Shown piece by piece: positions 35,543 through 40,899 of a stretch of DNA of 40,899 nucleotides; position 1 is the stretch's first letter, and each line of letters begins with the position of its first letter. A program made the translations under genes and the position numbers. The notes beneath the pieces are model-generated. The model saw nothing but the letters and a program-made list of their open reading frames with translations, made no database searches and had not been told where the DNA came from. Source of the stretch: a virus (Duplodnaviria > Caudoviricetes); the IMG/VR virus record IMGVR_UViG_3300044701_000880, positions 1 to 40,899 of that record; one strand, given 5' to 3'.

Positions 35543-37026
35543 AATACTTCCTCGTTCCCTTGAATCTCAGGCGTATCAAAGTTGCCATCGTGCTTCTCAA
35601 ACTCACTGATTGCCCAGATGTTAATACCCTTTCCTTTGATATTAAAGAAGTGGTGCTCAGCTCCGTTCTCTCGTAAGATTGAAGTAACCTGGTGGACCTT
35701 GTAATCCCTAAAATGATGACGATCTAAGAACGCCATTAAGTCTGCCATCCTAAAGAAGTGCTTGCCTTCATCAGTCCATGGTTTACCAAGAAGGATCTCT
35801 TCTTTAACCTTGGCTTGTACCCTGCCAGTACAGAATCGTTCGATGTATTCAAACAGTTGTCCGACAGGCGAAGCATCTGGTGGTGCTTCAATGATGGTTA
35901 AGTTTTCTAATAGATGATTGACTAACTTAGTCCATGCAATGTCGTTCATCTTGGCTGGCAAGACGTTTAGACGTTCCATGCACTTGCGCTGGAACCTACG
36001 CTGATTATGTAAGTCGTCTGTTTCTAATTCTAAACGACCGCCGCCATCAACGTCGAGGAACCAGATGGGAGGAAGAGTGTTAAACTTAGTAAGACTATGT
36101 ACAGCAGGCATATCAGTAGAAGTCCCGACACCAAACTTACGAAGCTTGCAAACAGCAGCATTGCAATAGGGTGCGACAGGAGGCTTGCTGCACGTGTACT
36201 GGTACTCTTTTCGTTTGGCTGACTTGATGACACCTTGCACCTCACTACTAGATAGGGGAGGATCCATCAAATCGATATTAAAACCTTCGAGCTGAGACTC
36301 CCAGTTGTCCGGACTTTTCTTCCTACAGTATACAGCAATATTGAATAGTCCGTTGTTTCTTGTCCCTTGTGGAAAACCTTTAGTAGATAGATGCTGCAAG
36401 CACGGTGGTCCGTCTTCAAACCCGGCCTTTACATTGATTACTAAATCATCTAGCTGTTTAGCGGTAAAGCGATTGGCCATTACCTTTTCAATAAAAGCTT
36501 CTGGCTTCATACCCTGGCACCATCTGGTTTCGCCAAAGTAAGGCATATTGATCCATTGACCGATATCCCCACGATCCGCGAGGATTTTGGTTTGCTTCGG
36601 AAAAATTTCGCAGCCACCAAAGCCCATGTAAGCTGCTAAGTCCTTTAATCGTTGCTGCATGATGCCAGCATCAACCCATTCAGAAGTAAATAGATACAAG
36701 TGGATTCCACCAGACTTACTAGCACAGGGGAATAACGGAACCTTTAGTTCTTGAATGGCAGCATTAATTTTAGGTAGGTCAATACTGCCGTCGTATGTGT
36801 CAATATCGATAGCACCAAACTTACACATTGACTGGTCGTTAATTGGAATAACGCCAAGTCCTTGTTTACCTTCAAGGTGTTGTAACCACAGATCTTTAGT
36901 GACTGGTTCACGAATTGTAGTAGCTTTGCCAGTTAACTTATTGTCCTGACGACTGCCCTTAATTACGTATGTCCCATGAGCCCGTGGTAACCCCTCGAAA
37001 ATTTCCATGAAATTTTCTACAAGCAT
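35539..37026 (-). CDS. Primase (AEP-like prim-pol with PriCT-like domain)
   Basis: AIDID, SKSGGIHLY, NMPY, PPCL..GTRNNGLF. Confidence 0.8.
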   Translation of the reverse strand: MLVENFMEIFEGLPRAHGTYVIKGSRQDNKLTGKATTIREPVTKDLWLQHLEGKQGLGVIPINDQSMCKFGAIDIDTYDGSIDLPKINAAIQELKVPLFPCASKSGGIHLYLFTSEWVDAGIMQQRLKDLAAYMGFGGCEIFPKQTKILADRGDIGQWINMPYFGETRWCQGMKPEAFIEKVMANRFTAKQLDDLVINVKAGFEDGPPCLQHLSTKGFPQGTRNNGLFNIAVYCRKKSPDNWESQLEGFNIDLMDPPLSSSEVQGVIKSAKRKEYQYTCSKPPVAPYCNAAVCKLRKFGVGTSTDMPAVHSLTKFNTLPPIWFLDVDGGGRLELETDDLHNQRRFQRKCMERLNVLPAKMNDIAWTKLVNHLLENLTIIEAPPDASPVGQLFEYIERFCTGRVQAKVKEEILLGKPWTDEGKHFFRMADLMAFLDRHHFRDYKVHQVTSILRENGAEHHFFNIKGKGINIWAISEFEKHDGNFDTPEIQGNEEVF

Positions 37027-37054
37027 AAATAAACCAGGGATTGTGAGTCCCTGG
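37027..37054 (-). terminator. Terminator after SSB gene
   Basis: Minus strand CCAGGGAC-TCACA-ATCCCTGG-TTTATTT. Confidence 0.6.
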
Positions 37055-37061
37055 CCCTCTG

Positions 37062-37808
37062 TTAAAAGTGTTGCACGGTTTCGGCTTGATCTTGCTCAGG
37101 GGCTGCGGTCTTCACAGTACCTGACGAGACTTGTTGGGCAAAGTCACGAGCAGCTTGATAAATACCGGCGTCAGTAACTGGACCGATTGTATCGATGGTC
37201 CAACCAAACCACGCACCTTTATCATTCTGTTCTTGAATGGTGCCTAACTTATACATATGACTAAACCTTGCAGGAGTAACCATGCCATTAGGACCTTGGA
37301 CTTTTAAGTTGTTCATCAAGCTGTTCCATCGGCGATTCTTCTTCAGTTGCGTGCTTGACATCACAATCAAGCCTGGCTCAATTGAACCTGAATCAGATAC
37401 CGATAGTACAAAATGATACGCTGTTTCAACTAACACGTTGCCAGTTGCTGTAGTCAATTTGCCATCAATATTTTTGGCAGTAGAAACTACGTCGCTGGTG
37501 ATGGTGTGTTGGCCTACTAATCCGCCGCCACTTGCACGTGGGCGCCATTCAACAAACTCACGCTTGTATGCGCAAGGGATTACCTTAATCTCTTTATAAG
37601 ATTGCTCGGTAACAGTATTAAAGATCATGCCAGCCTTGGCACCTTCAATTGTGTCACACTGAGGCGATAGTTTTTGTAGCACATTAAAGAATGGAATAGC
37701 CATATCTTGACTAGTCATATTCTCTAGACCCATACCAGCGTCTGCTGCAAAGTCAATCACCATCAAGGCACCACCTTGATCTTTAGGTTTGATATCATTT
37801 TTAGCCAT
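37062..37808 (-). CDS. Single-stranded DNA-binding protein (putative)
   Basis: LQKLSPQ, MSSTQLKKNRRWNS, NDKGAWFGW, C-terminal Phe; within replication module. Confidence 0.6.
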   Translation of the reverse strand: MAKNDIKPKDQGGALMVIDFAADAGMGLENMTSQDMAIPFFNVLQKLSPQCDTIEGAKAGMIFNTVTEQSYKEIKVIPCAYKREFVEWRPRASGGGLVGQHTITSDVVSTAKNIDGKLTTATGNVLVETAYHFVLSVSDSGSIEPGLIVMSSTQLKKNRRWNSLMNNLKVQGPNGMVTPARFSHMYKLGTIQEQNDKGAWFGWTIDTIGPVTDAGIYQAARDFAQQVSSGTVKTAAPEQDQAETVQHF

Positions 37809-37813
37809 CTGAG

Positions 37814-38344
37814 TTATCCTTTCTTGATGGAAGTTTTTTGCCCAATGTAAATACCTAACAGATCAAAGGGCAGATTTTGACCTGTCTCTACCTGTTCACG
37901 CACAAACGCTTTAAACGTCATTGGATGAACGCCGGTCTTGTCAGTAAAGGAAGTACCTACTTCGACTAAGTGAGCCTTGAATTCAGCTGCACTGCTGTCT
38001 TCACCTTTACCAAAGCTAACGGTCACGTCATTCTTAATCAGGTCTCCATGACCATGATCGCGAAGCCATGACATTGCTTCTTCATACTTTTCTTTTGGCG
38101 GATTTGCCTGGTAATATGGCTTGACAGTAACCTTGCTACCGTCTAGCAACTTAACCTCGGACAATCCACATTCAGCCAAAGCTTCGGGTAGATCCTTCTC
38201 AGAGACCTGAGTTAGTTCTTCTTTCTTAGCCTTAAGCTGATCTTCAAGATCAGTAAGTTCTTGCTCTAATTTAACTTGACGAGCTGCTAATTCGCCAACA
38301 ATCTTTAGACTTTCGTCTGATGCAAAGTGTTCTTCAGAAGTCAT
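37814..38344 (-). CDS. Conserved phage replication-module protein
   Basis: WLRDHGHGDLIKN, VHPMTFKAFVRE pattern; N-terminal coiled coil. Confidence 0.7.
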   Translation of the reverse strand: MTSEEHFASDESLKIVGELAARQVKLEQELTDLEDQLKAKKEELTQVSEKDLPEALAECGLSEVKLLDGSKVTVKPYYQANPPKEKYEEAMSWLRDHGHGDLIKNDVTVSFGKGEDSSAAEFKAHLVEVGTSFTDKTGVHPMTFKAFVREQVETGQNLPFDLLGIYIGQKTSIKKG

Positions 38345-38657
38345 CTTCTCTCCTCATTAAATCATATTCAACTACGTAATACCGCATCTCTTGCCGATCC
38401 CACTTTAATAGTTTCATACGACCGTTGTTTAACATACAAGCCACCGCTCCGGCAGCTGCTATGGCGGCAGGATCGCCAACCATTAACAAGTAATCATTGT
38501 CAGAAAACCTTGCAAGGCCACGTTTTAGGCGGCTGATGGTAGGTCCTGCTGAAAATGCTACGTTGCCCGGGGGTAACAAGATGCGTAAATCGCCATACTG
38601 CTCGGCTGGCAGCAGATTGATTCCACGTGCTTCTTGCACCACATATACTGTCATCAT
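38334..38657 (-). CDS. Conserved small alpha/beta protein
   Basis: VYVVQE, DYLLMVGDP, LKWDRQ..Y; AAAGGAG RBS. Confidence 0.75.
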   Translation of the reverse strand: MMTVYVVQEARGINLLPAEQYGDLRILLPPGNVAFSAGPTISRLKRGLARFSDNDYLLMVGDPAAIAAAGAVACMLNNGRMKLLKWDRQEMRYYVVEYDLMRREDDF

Positions 38658-38675
38658 TTCTCCTTTCTGAATATT

Positions 38676-38684
38676 AGTATATCA
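38676..38684 (-). promoter_or_regulatory. Extended -10 promoter (TGaTATACT)
   Basis: In the 43-bp gap upstream of the RBS of 38657. Confidence 0.5.
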
Positions 38685-38700
38685 CATTATTGCCAATAAC

Positions 38701-39108
38701 TTACAAAGTAAATATTAAATCTGCAATTGATTTCCATGCATACGGTTTTGTAAACACAAACGACTCCTCAAGATGGCTGAGATGCAGCTTACAGGACTTG
38801 CTTGTTACTCCTTCAATCTTATCCATATGGTTCAACAATTCTTCTCCAGTAAAAATTAGAATCTCGTCGCCGTAGCGGGTGACGAAAAAGATTCGGCCTT
38901 TTTCCGCAACGCGTCGTACACAGAATGCCACTTGTGAGGTTCTAAGAAAGATGTAATGTCCCTTAGCAACCTTAAGTTCAAGCCAAACTTCAACGCCCTT
39001 GTGACAGATGTTAACATCAGGTGTTCCTATGCCAGCTGTGTTTTCAATACGTGTAACGTGGCCAGGAAGATTCGTCTTCATCAGGGCCCAAAAGGTAGAC
39101 TCTTTCAT
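38701..39108 (-). CDS. PD-(D/E)xK nuclease (Holliday junction resolvase/VRR-NUC-like)
   Basis: MKES, RIEN..GTPDV..WLELK..SQ. Confidence 0.8.
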   Translation of the reverse strand: MKESTFWALMKTNLPGHVTRIENTAGIGTPDVNICHKGVEVWLELKVAKGHYIFLRTSQVAFCVRRVAEKGRIFFVTRYGDEILIFTGEELLNHMDKIEGVTSKSCKLHLSHLEESFVFTKPYAWKSIADLIFTL

Positions 39109-39412
39109 TTACTTTCTCCAAGGCAAGTCCATCAGCCCACACATTACTGTAAACGCTTTTTAGTGCGGGGTTTGCTGCGTCTTTAAAATTGTCATAGTCA
39201 ATATTAGCAATCATCTGGATAATGACCGCTTGCACCTGACCACGAGGTAAACTAACACGCCAATGGTAATCAGCGTTTGGTGTATACTTAGGCAGCGAAT
39301 GTGGAAATACCTTAGTGATATGCTCTGACTTACGAGCGCGCACTAATAAGAAACTCTTATCGTTTCGGTTTTCAACAATGCTTAACAAGCCTTCGGTGTG
39401 GAAGATCCACAT
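39044..39412 (-). CDS. Hypothetical protein
   Basis: MWIF..GLLSIV..LLVRAR..DYHWR..IDYDNFK; TAAAGGAGAA RBS. Confidence 0.7.
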   Translation of the reverse strand: MWIFHTEGLLSIVENRNDKSFLLVRARKSEHITKVFPHSLPKYTPNADYHWRVSLPRGQVQAVIIQMIANIDYDNFKDAANPALKSVYSNVWADGLALEKVNERVYLLGPDEDESSWPRYTY

Positions 39413-39424
39413 ATCAATTCTCCT

Positions 39425-40899
39425 TTATCTAATCTCACCCCAATTAGGTCCTATTTCTAAATCGACCTTTAATGGAACATTTATTTTAACACAGTTTTCC
39501 ATAATCTCTTGAATCTTTTTGCCTTCATTACTGTCAGTGATACTGAAGTCTAGTTCATCATGGACTTGCAAGTGAGCAACATAACCTTCTTTATATAAGT
39601 CAACCATTGCCTTCTTAGTCATATCAGCAGCACCACCTTGAATGAGCGCATTCAATGACTTATGGACCATGGACCGTCTCAAGGGTCTACCAGCCCATAC
39701 ACGTTCAGCATCTTCCCTGGTCAATGGCTGTTCACGGTTTGGCCAAGTGTTTTGTGCATCAGCCGGTTCCCAAAGATTAAAGTGACGCTTACGACCTAGC
39801 AATGTCTTAATAAATCCCTTGTCAGCTACTGATTGGCTGCACTTGTGAGCAAGTTGCCTTACAAACGGAACACGTTGATGATACTGTTCAAACAAAGGTC
39901 TTGCCTCTTCATTACTTAAACCTAGTTGGGTAGCAAGCTTATACACACCCATGCCATAAAACATGCCTAAGTTAATCACCTTGGCTTGCTTACGTTTAAT
40001 GCCTGCCATATCCGCAACCATTTGATGGAAGTCGGTGTCGCCAGTGTATTGCTGCACAGCTTCATCAGCACCTCGTAAACCTAACAAGTCCGCGTAATGC
40101 ACAAGGACCCGGGGCTCTTGTTGGCTGTAGTCGCAGACTGCCCATTGTTTGCCTTCATCTGGCAAGAATAAACCGCGGATCAATGGACCCCAATGTTCGT
40201 CGCGTGCAGGTACTTGCTGCAAGTTAGGTGTGCTGCTGCTAAACCTACCAGACCTTGTACCGTCAGCGTCCTTACGAAGGGCGTGGAATTGACAATGGAT
40301 CCTGCCTGATACATTCATCTTCAGTACCATGCCTTCAATAAAGTCACGACGCATCTTATTGATCTTGCGGTACTCAGCTACCTTCCTAGCGATGTCATGG
40401 TCTTGACTGAGTAACCAGTCGCCAGTAAAGCTAGGTGCACCCTTAGGTGTTCTTGGATACCAGATGTTTAGCTTATCAAAGGCCTTGCCAAGGTCATCAG
40501 CTGACCAAGGTTCTAACATAAACCCAGCGGTGTCTCGTAATTCGCCAAGCATCCTTGCTTCGTCTTTTAGATACTGATCATTGAGTTGTTCAGCACGATC
40601 AACGTCGACACGGACCCCTTTAAACCGCATGTCAAGCATAATTGGCACTAGGTCTGATTCAAGGGTAAAGATCTCCCATAGATCTTCTTGCTTTAAGATC
40701 TTCTCTTGGATTGCCCAAATCTTAAGTGGCAAGGCAGCATCAGCCTCGGCGTATGGACCTACAAATCTTGCGGGTAATTTCCATAGACCACTCTTAGGAT
40801 CAACACCAAAAGCGCTTGCAGCTTGACGCAGCAAGGTCTCATCTTTATCGATGCCAAGATACTTCTTAGCTAACGCAGACAAGGAATAACTTACTTGGT
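39425..40899 (-). CDS. polA: DNA polymerase family A, polymerase domain (continues from 921..1)
   Basis: SGRFSSSTPNLQQ, motif A DYSQQEPR, motif B AKVINLGMFYG, motif C QVHDEL. Confidence 0.95.
   Translation of the reverse strand, partial: QVSYSLSALAKKYLGIDKDETLLRQAASAFGVDPKSGLWKLPARFVGPYAEADAALPLKIWAIQEKILKQEDLWEIFTLESDLVPIMLDMRFKGVRVDVDRAEQLNDQYLKDEARMLGELRDTAGFMLEPWSADDLGKAFDKLNIWYPRTPKGAPSFTGDWLLSQDHDIARKVAEYRKINKMRRDFIEGMVLKMNVSGRIHCQFHALRKDADGTRSGRFSSSTPNLQQVPARDEHWGPLIRGLFLPDEGKQWAVCDYSQQEPRVLVHYADLLGLRGADEAVQQYTGDTDFHQMVADMAGIKRKQAKVINLGMFYGMGVYKLATQLGLSNEEARPLFEQYHQRVPFVRQLAHKCSQSVADKGFIKTLLGRKRHFNLWEPADAQNTWPNREQPLTREDAERVWAGRPLRRSMVHKSLNALIQGGAADMTKKAMVDLYKEGYVAHLQVHDELDFSITDSNEGKKIQEIMENCVKINVPLKVDLEIGPNWGEIR
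40373..40899. repeat. Terminal overlap, copy 2 (matches 1-527)
   Basis: Direct comparison. Confidence 0.97.

Noticed and set aside
39425-40882. Truncated, exonuclease-less polymerase or pseudogene
   Set aside because: The missing N-terminus is in frame at 921-511 through the overlap.
40373-40899. Biological direct terminal repeat
   Set aside because: It falls inside polA, is imperfect, and has k-mer-sized identical flanks; better explained as an assembly overlap.
1-40899. Integrase, repressor, phage RNA polymerase, tRNA, glycosyltransferase; host assignment
   Set aside because: No recognisable motifs found by eye (not excluded without searches); the host cannot be determined from the sequence alone.

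Overview
A complete, circularly overlapping (unit length about 40,372 bp) podovirus-type phage genome. No integrase, RNA polymerase, tRNA or CRISPR array was recognised. The + strand (8214-32622) carries a BPP-1/T7-like morphogenesis arm: terminase, portal, scaffold, capsid, tail tubes A/B, internal (ejected) virion proteins, tail fibre, three tandem fibre-like cassettes and lysis genes. The - strand carries early genes, replication genes (family A polymerase split across the window ends, resolvase-like nuclease, SSB, primase, UvrD-like and SNF2-like helicases) and a tightly coupled nucleotide operon. Two systems stand out. (1) A putative cytosine-modification pathway: SAM methyltransferase, MazG-like pyrophosphatase, nucleotide kinase fused to a UDG-like domain, a thymidylate-synthase homologue with the dCMP-specific Asp, and dCMP deaminase, all running into Pol A with no glycosyltransferase. 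(2) A 1157-aa internal virion protein carrying a HipA/PI3K-like kinase domain, an R-S-ExE ADP-ribosyltransferase and possibly a degenerate NUDIX fold. Non-coding signals include a 77-bp inverted repeat pair, a heptamer array, palindromes and a structured capsid mRNA leader. All family assignments are by motif recognition by eye, not database searches.
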